From the NCBI GenBank assembly GCA_963663035.1, contig OY760074.1, positions 1,504,001 through 1,568,000 of the forward strand: DNA of 64,000 nt, given 5' to 3'. The notes below the pieces were generated by a model. The model ran no database searches. It saw nothing but the letters and a program-made list of their open reading frames with translations, and was not told the DNA's origin. A program made the position numbers and the translations under genes. Source of the stretch: Acidobacteriota bacterium (lineage in GTDB: Bacteria > Acidobacteriota > UBA6911 > RPQK01 > JADFOI01). Positions 49,605 through 58,124 of this stretch are shown in pieces (position 1 is the first letter of the stretch; each line of letters begins with the position of its first letter).

Positions 49605-49726
49605 GAGGGGAGGCAGGAGGTAGGGGAGAGGAGGTAGGAGACAGGAGGCAGGAGAAAGAATTCAGAAGCCAGAGGCCGCACGAAAACACGAATGCACGAA
49701 AACACGACCGTACGACCACACGAGAT
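49605..49726. repeat. Degenerate 7-mer (AGGAGGC/AGGAGGT) and 8-mer (CACGAAAA) tandem repeats
   Basis: AGGCAGGAGGTAGG...GAGGTAGGAGACAGGAGGCAGGAG, then CACGAAAACACGAATGCACGAAAACACGACC running into the hemW start. Confidence 0.65.
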
Positions 49727-50852
49727 CGGCGTCTATCTCCACATTCCCTTCTGCAACCGCAAGTGCGAGTACTGTGACTTCAACTCCGGCCCATTCGACC
49801 CGAAAGCGCGTCAAGCTTATCTGGCAGCACTCACGCAGGAGATGAACCATTCCCCCTGGAAGGGGCATACGGTCAAAACCGTCTCTTTCGGCGGGGGAAC
49901 GCCTTCCGAGCTGACCAGCGCTGAACTGGGCCGGCTGGTGAACACCCTCCGCCAAACCTTCGTTCTCAAGCAGGAAGCTGAGTGGAGCATCGAATGCAAT
50001 CCGGATGGGGTGAGTCCCGCCTTCTTTGTGGCACTCCTTGAGATAGGATTCAATCGGGTGAGTCTGGGTATACAGTCCTTTCACGATCATCATCTACAGC
50101 GTTTGGGGCGAGTTCATGATTCAGCTGAAGCACGGACAGCCTACCGCTGGCTGCGGGAGGCGGGATGTGACAACGTCAACCTCGATTTGATCTTTGGCCT
50201 GCCGGGACAGACCCTACAAGAATGGAAGGCCGATTTGCATGAGGCGCTGGCCCTCTCGCCCGAACATCTTTCACTCTACAACCTCACCCTCGAACCCGGG
50301 ACCGAGTTCGCTAGCCTTCAGGCCAGAGGAGAGCTGCAGGAAATTGACGAGGATCTTTCAGCCGACATGTACGAACTGGCCATGGAACTCACCCAAGCAG
50401 CAGCCTATAAGCAATATGAGATTTCGCATTACTCTCAGCCCGGACGGCAGTGTGCCCACAATCTCATCTACTGGCACAATGAACCTTCCATCGGTTTCGG
50501 AGTCAGCGCCGCTTCTTTCATGGAAGGTATTCGCTGGACGAACACAGGCAACCTGCTCGAGTACGCACGAACAGCAGCTTCGGGCCATGTCAGCCGGGCC
50601 AGTGAGGAAAAACTAACGGGACGTGAGGCTTTGGGAGAGGAGATCATGCTGCGCCTTCGCACTGATGAGGGGATCTCTCTTTCGGCGCTCTCAAACCGCT
50701 ATCGCTTTGATGTCGCTGCTCTACTCGCCGCCTCTCTGGAGTCCTTAGCTGCCCACGGACTCGTCGCTCAGGAGGGGGACCGGGTCAGACTCACCCGACG
50801 GGGCAAGCTGATGGCCGATGAAGTATGGAAAACACTGACAACTGACAACTGA
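49692..50852 (+). CDS. hemW: Radical SAM heme chaperone HemW
   Basis: YLHIPFCNRKCEYCDFN, FGGGTPS, RVSLGIQSF, DLIFGLPGQT, HLSLYNLT, YEISHY, HNLIYW. Confidence 0.92.
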   Translation: MHENTTVRPHEIGVYLHIPFCNRKCEYCDFNSGPFDPKARQAYLAALTQEMNHSPWKGHTVKTVSFGGGTPSELTSAELGRLVNTLRQTFVLKQEAEWSIECNPDGVSPAFFVALLEIGFNRVSLGIQSFHDHHLQRLGRVHDSAEARTAYRWLREAGCDNVNLDLIFGLPGQTLQEWKADLHEALALSPEHLSLYNLTLEPGTEFASLQARGELQEIDEDLSADMYELAMELTQAAAYKQYEISHYSQPGRQCAHNLIYWHNEPSIGFGVSAASFMEGIRWTNTGNLLEYARTAASGHVSRASEEKLTGREALGEEIMLRLRTDEGISLSALSNRYRFDVAALLAASLESLAAHGLVAQEGDRVRLTRRGKLMADEVWKTLTTDN

Positions 50853-50858
50853 CAGGGG

Positions 50859-51869
50859 TCAGCGGTTCAGGGGGTCATCAGGACCCAGGAAGTTCAAAAT
50901 CCTATCCAAATACAGCTCCGGGTTGCTGCGGAAAGCCGCACCGTGGGTGGCATTTTCAAAGAAAACAACCCTCTTCTTTTCATTGGGAATGGCATCAAAG
51001 ATTTCTTTGACAGCTGATGCCGGCACGCGGTCGTCCTCCTCGCCGTACATCAACAAAACCGGGATGGCGTCCAGTCCCTGGAGAACCTTGAGGGTACTCA
51101 GGTCTTCCGCTTGGTAGCCGTTCATTCGTGTGAGGTTCCACACAAAGATGTCGGCAAAGGGGAAGGAGGGCAGACCTATCATTGATTCCGTATGGTGAGA
51201 GATGGTCGCATTCAAACTTCGAAAGGGACTGTCGGCAATGACTGCCTCAAGGTCCTGCTGGAAATCGCCTGCTGCATGGAAGGCCGCCACTGCGCCCATG
51301 GAAATACCCAACAGGACGAACCGCTGTTTCCCCTTCGTCTGTTTCAAGAAATCATAGGCACCCAGAACATCAAACCGCTCCAGAAATCCAAGAGAGACAG
51401 TCTTTCCATCACTTCTCCCATGATTTCGAAAATCGAACAGGAGAACTGAAAAGCCGTTCTGGTTGAGAACAGAGCCTCGTTCCAGGCCTTCCTGCCGGCT
51501 GCGAAAGAGCCCGTGACACAGGATGATGGTCGGCTTCGTTTCCTCGCCCTCCATCAACCAACCCCGCAGCATCACTCCGTCCCGACTGGAGAAGTCGACG
51601 CTGACGAAATCTTGTCCATAGAGGTCCGGAGTATCGGCCAAGTTGCGCTCTTGCGGTCTGGTGCCCGCAGTGCTCAGGAAGTAAGAAGCAGCCAACGGAC
51701 TGATGAAAAAGATAAACACCGGCAGGAACAGCACCAGGGAGAGGAAAGTTCCTGTGAAGACCTTCCAGCCAGCACCACGAACCCTCAAAACTCGTGCTGC
51801 CATCCAAACCAGACTGCCACCCAGGGCAAAGACCAGCGTCATCAGTAAACACACAGCGACAATCAGCAC
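50859..51869 (-). CDS. Membrane-anchored alpha/beta hydrolase
   Basis: Two N-terminal TMs, CHG, FDFRNHGRS, GISMGA nucleophile elbow, DDRVP, THG. Confidence 0.88.
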   Translation of the reverse strand: MLIVAVCLLMTLVFALGGSLVWMAARVLRVRGAGWKVFTGTFLSLVLFLPVFIFFISPLAASYFLSTAGTRPQERNLADTPDLYGQDFVSVDFSSRDGVMLRGWLMEGEETKPTIILCHGLFRSRQEGLERGSVLNQNGFSVLLFDFRNHGRSDGKTVSLGFLERFDVLGAYDFLKQTKGKQRFVLLGISMGAVAAFHAAGDFQQDLEAVIADSPFRSLNATISHHTESMIGLPSFPFADIFVWNLTRMNGYQAEDLSTLKVLQGLDAIPVLLMYGEEDDRVPASAVKEIFDAIPNEKKRVVFFENATHGAAFRSNPELYLDRILNFLGPDDPLNR

Positions 51870-51948
51870 GGTGTTTATTATCTCTAACCGCAGCCCCTCA
51901 GGTAAATGATGTTGGAAAATTGGAGAAGAAAATCCTGAGGCGTCCCCT

Positions 51949-52188
51949 TAACCCGCACTTCTCACACCCGCTCTACTGCATCGGCGCAATGATCCGGCCT
52001 AACAGCGTTCCGCGACCCGCACGCGGGTACCCCTCGGCTCCTCAACGTACTCAAGAGTACGTCTGCGGGGGTCGACCCGCACGCGGGTACCCCTCGCGCG
52101 CCAGTCGGGCCCGTGGGCTAAAGCCCACGGCTCTGTTTTCCGGTCCTTTCGCCGCTTCGCGACGACCTGGTGTGAGAAATGCGGGTTA
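51949..52188. mobile_element. MITE-like element, family A, copy 3
   Basis: TIRs TAACCCGCACTTCTCACACC / GGTGTGAGAAATGCGGGTTA; two CGACCCGCACGCGGGTACCC modules around the central hairpin; one REP. Confidence 0.87.
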
Positions 52189-53499
52189 GAAGAGATCTTC
52201 GACCTTGAAGTGGAGTTTTTCAAAGTCCGCCTGCGAGATGGTCCCCTGACGCCCTGAATCGACCTTGCGCACCAGGTACCGATCCTCCTGAGAGCCAAAA
52301 TCGAAGGTACGCTGGGAACCATCTGTGAGCATTATGGTCAGCTGCACGTCCGGCTCTGGGAAGCTGAGGTTCGGCGATTCCTCATCCTGGATTGACTCAA
52401 ATCTGATGTCGTTGAGGGGATACCAGAACTTGTAGGCCAGGACTTCTTTATCTTTCTGCGACTCAGGAGCTTCCACGATCCACTGATACTCTTCATATCT
52501 GAGAGCGATTTCCTCACCCTCTTCCCGGCGGATCACAACCCGTTCGATCTGATCCTGAGCCACATCCATCACCTCCTTATCACGATAAGCCCATACGTCC
52601 TTGTTGACTGTTTCAAAGACTTCCGGGTTCACGGTGAACACGAAAGGACGGTCGGAATTGCGAGCCAGATAGAACTCTTCCTTCTGCTGGCCGAACTCTA
52701 ATTTTCGCCACTCGTCTTGATTTTGGTGTCGAACCCGCAGGGTGACCCTGGGCTGATCCAAGCCGTAGGACTTCGACTCTTCTGGATCATCCGAGACAAA
52801 CTCCTGAGCCTGTGCAAACTCCACTGAAGATAGGAGAGTGCTCACAGCATTTTGATCGGCGCGTTCCTGAATGGGAGCTTCCAGGTGCCAGTCTTCCTCC
52901 TGTCTGGCGAGTCGAATGGTGGCAGCCGAGTTGACAATTTCTATGGCCTGAAGCTCATCTCGCTCAAAAACAAGCACGTTCTTGTTGCGCCAGTGCAGAA
53001 GGTCTTTGTCGGCAGTGGTAAAAAGGACTCCGGAGGTCAGGTGAACTTCGGAATCCCCTTGAAACTGGGCATAAATCTGACTTCCCGAAAAATCGTCATT
53101 CCCGATCAAGAGCGTCTTCTCTTCCCCGCCCGCTTGAACTTTCAATGTCATCCGCGGCTCATGGAGTCCATACTGCTCGGCCCGCGCTCCACCCTCAGGG
53201 AAAGTGCGGTCCCTGGTTGCCTGGCTCAGGTCGCGAAGCAGCCCATCCACGCTGCTGACATCGGCGGAAGTTCCCACTGGATGTTTCAGCACCCACTGTT
53301 GGCCTTCTTTGCTCAAGATGATCCCCTCTGCCTCAGGACGGAGGACTTCCAGAGCAGTGATCTCCTCTGGCTTCATGCGAAGGAGGCTTTCTTCCAGACT
53401 CCTCACTTCCTCTCTCTCTTCCTTGCCTGCAATCTCGTAGAAATACACAAAGGCAGCCAGTGCAAGGAAGATGGCGAAAAGGACTCCAACCTTCTTCAT
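52186..53499 (-). CDS. DUF4340 domain protein
   Basis: N-terminal TM; repeated W.L..P....AD...V...L and YGL..P units; last gene of a GldA/F/G-like operon. Confidence 0.82.
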   Translation of the reverse strand: MKKVGVLFAIFLALAAFVYFYEIAGKEEREEVRSLEESLLRMKPEEITALEVLRPEAEGIILSKEGQQWVLKHPVGTSADVSSVDGLLRDLSQATRDRTFPEGGARAEQYGLHEPRMTLKVQAGGEEKTLLIGNDDFSGSQIYAQFQGDSEVHLTSGVLFTTADKDLLHWRNKNVLVFERDELQAIEIVNSAATIRLARQEEDWHLEAPIQERADQNAVSTLLSSVEFAQAQEFVSDDPEESKSYGLDQPRVTLRVRHQNQDEWRKLEFGQQKEEFYLARNSDRPFVFTVNPEVFETVNKDVWAYRDKEVMDVAQDQIERVVIRREEGEEIALRYEEYQWIVEAPESQKDKEVLAYKFWYPLNDIRFESIQDEESPNLSFPEPDVQLTIMLTDGSQRTFDFGSQEDRYLVRKVDSGRQGTISQADFEKLHFKVEDLF

Positions 53500-54932
53500 T
53501 AGTGTGTGCTCGCTCGGCGCCTGTTCCACACCGTGGTCCCTAAAATCAGTGTGGCCAGAGGAAAAAACACCACCGTGACCCAGAAAACCCAGCGCGACTG
53601 ACTGAAGCTCAAGTTGATTCTTCGATCTTCCACCTCTTTGGTCCGAATGGCCACCAGATCAGCCTCCTCGGCCAGCCAGCCGATGGTCATCAGAAACAGA
53701 TCACCATTGGCTACACTGTTGAAGTAAGCATTGCTGGCGAAGTCAGAATCGCCGAACAAGACCAATCGGGACTCCCCTATGGTTGAATCTCCAGCTTCTC
53801 CCTTGGGGAGGGGATTTTCCTCGCTGTTCTCTTCGACAGACCGCGTCGCCACCGCGGCCAGTTCGAGTGGTCCTTCGATATCCTGGCTCTCGTCAAATGA
53901 GGCTTCTCCTTCCTCCAGATGACTCTCCGCCCAGCTATTAGGGGTGGTCAAAAGGAGTTCGCTTGTCCGGTAATCGGTCCCACTGGAGGAGGTGGTGACA
54001 TTCTGAGCCATGGGGAAAAATGTCATCACACCACTCAGCTCCCGAGTAATGGGATGATCGGCATACTCTGCGACCAGAGGCGCTGCCGCACCCAGACCAA
54101 ACATCTGACCGATTCCGCTGGCATCAATGACCACCTTGCCACCCAGTCCCAGCCCGTATTCCCCCAGAAAGTCCTCCATCTGGAAGTCGGTCTGAGGATC
54201 CACCAACAAGAGCAATTCGCCACCTGCAGCCAGAAAAGCTCTCAGCAGGTCAGCTTCGGTGGGAAAAAAGGGAACCTGGGGGCCAGCTGAGACAATGACC
54301 GCTGCATCTTCCGGCAAGTGGCCTTCTTGAGCGAGGTTATAAGTCTGGACCCGGTAGTTTTGTTTCTCAATCTCTTGACGAGCCACAGCAAAGCCTTCGG
54401 CTTCAGTATCGCCCGTGTCACGTTCCCCGTGACCCTCCAGGAAGTAGATCACTTTCTCCGCTTCACGGGTGATCTTGATGAGGGCGTTGGTGAGTTTCTG
54501 CTCGTCTGGATTGTCCATAATTTCTCTTTTCGCTCCACTCAGGACCACCACCTGAGCATTGCGCTGAATCTCATACTGTGCAGTTTTACCCGGATCTTCA
54601 TCCGGATCCACGATTTCGTACTCGAAACTTGAGGAAACAGCGCTGTATTGCTTGACGAGATCCTCGAATCCAGCACGTCCGGCTTCACCACGGAAGAAGC
54701 CGATGACCTGAATGTCGCCGGTCAGATTCTCCACGACTTTTCGACTCTGCTCAGAAAGTGAGTGGTGTTGATTTTCCGTCAGGTCCAGGCGCTCGTGATA
54801 ACGAAAATTCAGGAAATTCGTCAGGATGAGAATACCCACCACAAGTGAGACTGACAGCCCGGCGGCACCTCCATAGCGAGCTCTCCGTGTCTTCAAAGAT
54901 GCACGGAGCGTGGAAATAAAACCATCAGCCAT
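53499..54932 (-). CDS. GldG-family ABC auxiliary component
   Basis: RLDLTENQHHSLS, IYFLEGHGER, LVLFGDSDF, NGDLF, C-terminal TM. Confidence 0.88.
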   Translation of the reverse strand: MADGFISTLRASLKTRRARYGGAAGLSVSLVVGILILTNFLNFRYHERLDLTENQHHSLSEQSRKVVENLTGDIQVIGFFRGEAGRAGFEDLVKQYSAVSSSFEYEIVDPDEDPGKTAQYEIQRNAQVVVLSGAKREIMDNPDEQKLTNALIKITREAEKVIYFLEGHGERDTGDTEAEGFAVARQEIEKQNYRVQTYNLAQEGHLPEDAAVIVSAGPQVPFFPTEADLLRAFLAAGGELLLLVDPQTDFQMEDFLGEYGLGLGGKVVIDASGIGQMFGLGAAAPLVAEYADHPITRELSGVMTFFPMAQNVTTSSSGTDYRTSELLLTTPNSWAESHLEEGEASFDESQDIEGPLELAAVATRSVEENSEENPLPKGEAGDSTIGESRLVLFGDSDFASNAYFNSVANGDLFLMTIGWLAEEADLVAIRTKEVEDRRINLSFSQSRWVFWVTVVFFPLATLILGTTVWNRRRASTH

Positions 54933-54944
54933 TTTTCAAACTCC

Positions 54945-55733
54945 CTACTGTCTCCATTTGCTCGAATCCAAAGATACGGACGTCAAAAACAGCCCCAGAA
55001 AGATCAAGGACAGGTAAAAAACCAAATGCTGCGTGTCCAGAATTCCAATGGTGAAGTCCTGGTAGTGGTTGAGTATAGAGAGGTAACGCAAGGTCTCGCT
55101 GATCAAACTCGTTCCGGTGCCGGCCGAAGCATCGATCAGCCACAACACAAAGAAGACCCCAAAGGTGATGACGGCTGCAATAATCTGATTTTCCGTCAGC
55201 GAAGAGACAAAGATGCCGACTGCCAAAAGGGCTCCTCCCAACAGAAAGGCGCCCAGGTACCCGACCAGCATGGGGACCAGTAGCGGAGCCGGATCGCTCA
55301 GATAGTAAAGGAGTAGGGAGTTGAGAATGGTCGGAACCAGCATCACCAGAAGAAGCAACCCAAGGGCTGTGAATTTTCCAAAAATCAGCTGCAGGTGGGT
55401 CACAGGAGAAGTGAAAAGGAGTTCAATAGTGCCCTGCTTCTTTTCCTCGGCGAACACTCCCATCGTCATCATGGGCACCAGGAACAAGAGGAAGGTGCTG
55501 ATGGCGCCGAAAAAGCTGCGCAGGATCACAGCGGTGGCGTCAAAGGCCGGTGCGACTATACCGAATTCCTGCGACTGAAAGGCCTGTTGCGCCGTAAACT
55601 CAATGACACTTGCCATGATCATGTAGAAGACATACCCGGACAGGGCAAAAAAGACCCCCATGACAACATAGGCGACCGGGCTCACGAAGAGGTTGTGCAG
55701 CTCCTTTTGAATAATCGCCAGGTAATTCCTCAC
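54945..55733 (-). CDS. ABC-2 permease (GldF-like)
   Basis: KELHNLFVSPVAY, AEEKKQGTIELLFTSP, SSLTENQIIAA. Confidence 0.9.
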   Translation of the reverse strand: MRNYLAIIQKELHNLFVSPVAYVVMGVFFALSGYVFYMIMASVIEFTAQQAFQSQEFGIVAPAFDATAVILRSFFGAISTFLLFLVPMMTMGVFAEEKKQGTIELLFTSPVTHLQLIFGKFTALGLLLLVMLVPTILNSLLLYYLSDPAPLLVPMLVGYLGAFLLGGALLAVGIFVSSLTENQIIAAVITFGVFFVLWLIDASAGTGTSLISETLRYLSILNHYQDFTIGILDTQHLVFYLSLIFLGLFLTSVSLDSSKWRQ

Positions 55734-56674
55734 TCCTCTTTCTCCTCATCTGTGGTCAACTGGACGAACACCTCCTCCAGACTCACACTCTGCCTCCTCA
55801 ACTGGTACAACTCCAAACCGGACTCGATCACCTTTTGGGCAATCAGGTGACGTACATCTTCTTCTCCCTGGATCTCCACAAGTACCGTCCGATGGGCATT
55901 TTGAGGCTCACCCAGTGAGACGCTCCTGACCTGGGAAAATTCGCTCAGGAGAGCATCGAGATTTTCCGCCGCACCCCCGACTTCCAACTCCAGTACTGCT
56001 CCCGACGCCGATGCTCCGGTGAGATTCTCAGGCGTGTCCACCGCCACAATTTTTCCCTTGTTGATGATGATCACCCGCTGGCAGGTCACACTCACTTCAG
56101 GCAGGATGTGGGTGGAAAGAATGACGGTGTGGTCCCCAGCCAGACCCTTGATCAACTCTCGAACCTCAATAATCTGTCTGGGATCCAGTCCAATGGTGGG
56201 CTCATCCAGGATGAGGATCTCGGGCTCATGGATGAGCGCCTGGGCCAATCCCACGCGCTGCCTGTATCCCTTGGAAAGATGCTTGATCAGGCGATGGCCC
56301 TCCTCCTCCAATCCGCAGCGCACCTTGACCTCCAGGAGGCGAGAGCCTACCGCAGTTCGATTGACGCCCTTGATTTTGGCCACAAATCGAAGATAGGCAT
56401 CGACCGTCATCTCTCCGTAGAGGGGAGGATTCTCGGGCAGATAGCCCACTCGTTTCTTCACCTCCAGGGGCTGCTCGAAAACATCAAAGCCTGCCACAAC
56501 CGCCCTTCCTCCCGAGGCGGGAAAGAAGCCAGACAGGATACGCATGGTGGTTGTCTTCCCGGCTCCATTGGGACCCAGAAAGCCCAACACCTCGCCTTTC
56601 TCGACCTGGAAGCTCACATCTTCAATGGCCGTGTGCCTTCCATATCGCTTGGTTAGATTCTCAGCTTGAATCAT
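55730..56674 (-). CDS. ABC transporter ATP-binding protein (GldA-like)
   Basis: GPNGAGKTT, LSKGYRQR, LDEPTIGLDP, STHIL. Confidence 0.93.
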   Translation of the reverse strand: MIQAENLTKRYGRHTAIEDVSFQVEKGEVLGFLGPNGAGKTTTMRILSGFFPASGGRAVVAGFDVFEQPLEVKKRVGYLPENPPLYGEMTVDAYLRFVAKIKGVNRTAVGSRLLEVKVRCGLEEEGHRLIKHLSKGYRQRVGLAQALIHEPEILILDEPTIGLDPRQIIEVRELIKGLAGDHTVILSTHILPEVSVTCQRVIIINKGKIVAVDTPENLTGASASGAVLELEVGGAAENLDALLSEFSQVRSVSLGEPQNAHRTVLVEIQGEEDVRHLIAQKVIESGLELYQLRRQSVSLEEVFVQLTTDEEKEE

Positions 56675-56682
56675 GATCGGCA

Positions 56683-56780
56683 AGGAGGTAGGAGGTAGGA
56701 GTCAGGAGGCAGGAGAACTGACAACTATCTCCTACTCTCCTATCTCCTGACTCCTGCCTCCTACCTCCTGCCTCCTCTCC
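56683..56780. repeat. Inverted arrays of 7-mer repeats (AGGAGGT/C ... CTCCTGC/A) able to form a hairpin
   Basis: AGGAGGTAGGAGGTAGGAGTCAGGAGGCAGGAG ... CTCCTGACTCCTGCCTCCTACCTCCTGCCTCCT, overlapping the ispG 3' end. Confidence 0.75.
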
Positions 56781-57973
56781 CTCACATACCTGTCCAATAT
56801 CGCAATAAACTCTTCTACAATATGAGGGCCCTTGAGCGTGGTCAAGTGCTGTCCATCCACATAGACAGGCGCTTTCGGTGACTCTCCCGTACCCGGCAGG
56901 GAGATCCCAATGTCGGCATGTTTGGACTCACCCGGGCCATTGACCACACACCCCATCACAGCCACCGTTAAATCCTCCACCCCGGGATGAAGCTCTCTCC
57001 AAAGCGCCAGACTCTCCTTCACATGCTGCTGGATCTCTTGAGCCAGCTCCTGGAAGAAGGTGCTGGTCGTTCTACCACAACCGGGACAGGCACTCACCTG
57101 AGGAGAAAAACTTCGAATCTTTAAGGATTGGAGGATCTGTTGGCAGATGACGACTTCCTTGGTTCGCTCCTCGCCAGGCTCAGGGGTCAGGCTGACTCGA
57201 ATGGTGTCTCCGATTCCTTCCTGAAGCAAAATGGAGAGAGCGGAAACACTGACCACCACCCCCCGGGTTCCCATGCCAGCTTCCGTCAAGCCCAGGTGAA
57301 GAGGGTAATCACAGCGCGAAGCTAAAAGTCGATACACCTGAATGAGATCTGGAGCGGCTGACACCTTGGCGCTGAGAATGATCCGATCCTGTGCTAATCC
57401 GTACTCTTCCGCCAGTGCCGCTGATTCCAGGGCGCTCTCAATGATTGCATCAATCAGGACTTCATCAGACTCCTTGGGCTCGGGAAGCTGAGCGTTGGTG
57501 TCCATCAATCGCGCCAGCAGCTTTTGATCCAGAGATCCCCAATTCACACCGATTCGAACCGGCTTGTCATTTTCAAGGGCTACCTGGATCATCTGTTTGA
57601 AATTCTCATCGTGGTGCCGGCCCATTCCAACATTGCCGGGATTGATGCGGTACTTGCTCAACTTACGGGCGCACTCGGGATAGCGTGTCAGGAGGATATG
57701 GCCATTGTAGTGAAAGTCTCCGATGATGGGGACTTGCACTCCCTCCCCCTCGAGACGATCCACAATCTCAGGAATGGCCTGGGCGGCTTGCTCCGTGTTC
57801 ACCGTCACCCGAACCAGTTCTGAGCCGGCCTCAAAGAGCTGGCGGGTTTGCTCCACGGTGGCCTCTTTATCCGCAGTGTCTGTATTGGTCATGGACTGGA
57901 CCACGATAGGGTGGTCCGAACCGATGGGAACCCCTCCTACAGGAACTGTGACGGTTTTCCGGCGCTGAATCAT
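56732..57973 (-). CDS. ispG: (E)-4-hydroxy-3-methylbut-2-enyl-diphosphate synthase
   Basis: [61 protein letters not shown]. Confidence 0.96.
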   Translation of the reverse strand: MIQRRKTVTVPVGGVPIGSDHPIVVQSMTNTDTADKEATVEQTRQLFEAGSELVRVTVNTEQAAQAIPEIVDRLEGEGVQVPIIGDFHYNGHILLTRYPECARKLSKYRINPGNVGMGRHHDENFKQMIQVALENDKPVRIGVNWGSLDQKLLARLMDTNAQLPEPKESDEVLIDAIIESALESAALAEEYGLAQDRIILSAKVSAAPDLIQVYRLLASRCDYPLHLGLTEAGMGTRGVVVSVSALSILLQEGIGDTIRVSLTPEPGEERTKEVVICQQILQSLKIRSFSPQVSACPGCGRTTSTFFQELAQEIQQHVKESLALWRELHPGVEDLTVAVMGCVVNGPGESKHADIGISLPGTGESPKAPVYVDGQHLTTLKGPHIVEEFIAILDRYVRERRQEVGGRSQEIGE

Positions 57974-58014
57974 CGGCCTTATCTTACACCAGCGGGAAAT
58001 GAGGGGGGAAATGA

Positions 58015-58073
58015 GGGGACAGACTACCCGTTCACCTCATTTCGAAAATGAGGTGAACGGGTAGTCTGTCCCC
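58015..58073. repeat. Perfect 28-bp inverted repeat (hairpin/cruciform)
   Basis: GGGGACAGACTACCCGTTCACCTCATTT-CGA-AAATGAGGTGAACGGGTAGTCTGTCCCC between divergent genes. Confidence 0.9.
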
Positions 58074-58124
58074 ATATTTTCGTCTATCATGCACCTGACA
58101 GAGATAAGAGGAGGAGTCTGAAGA

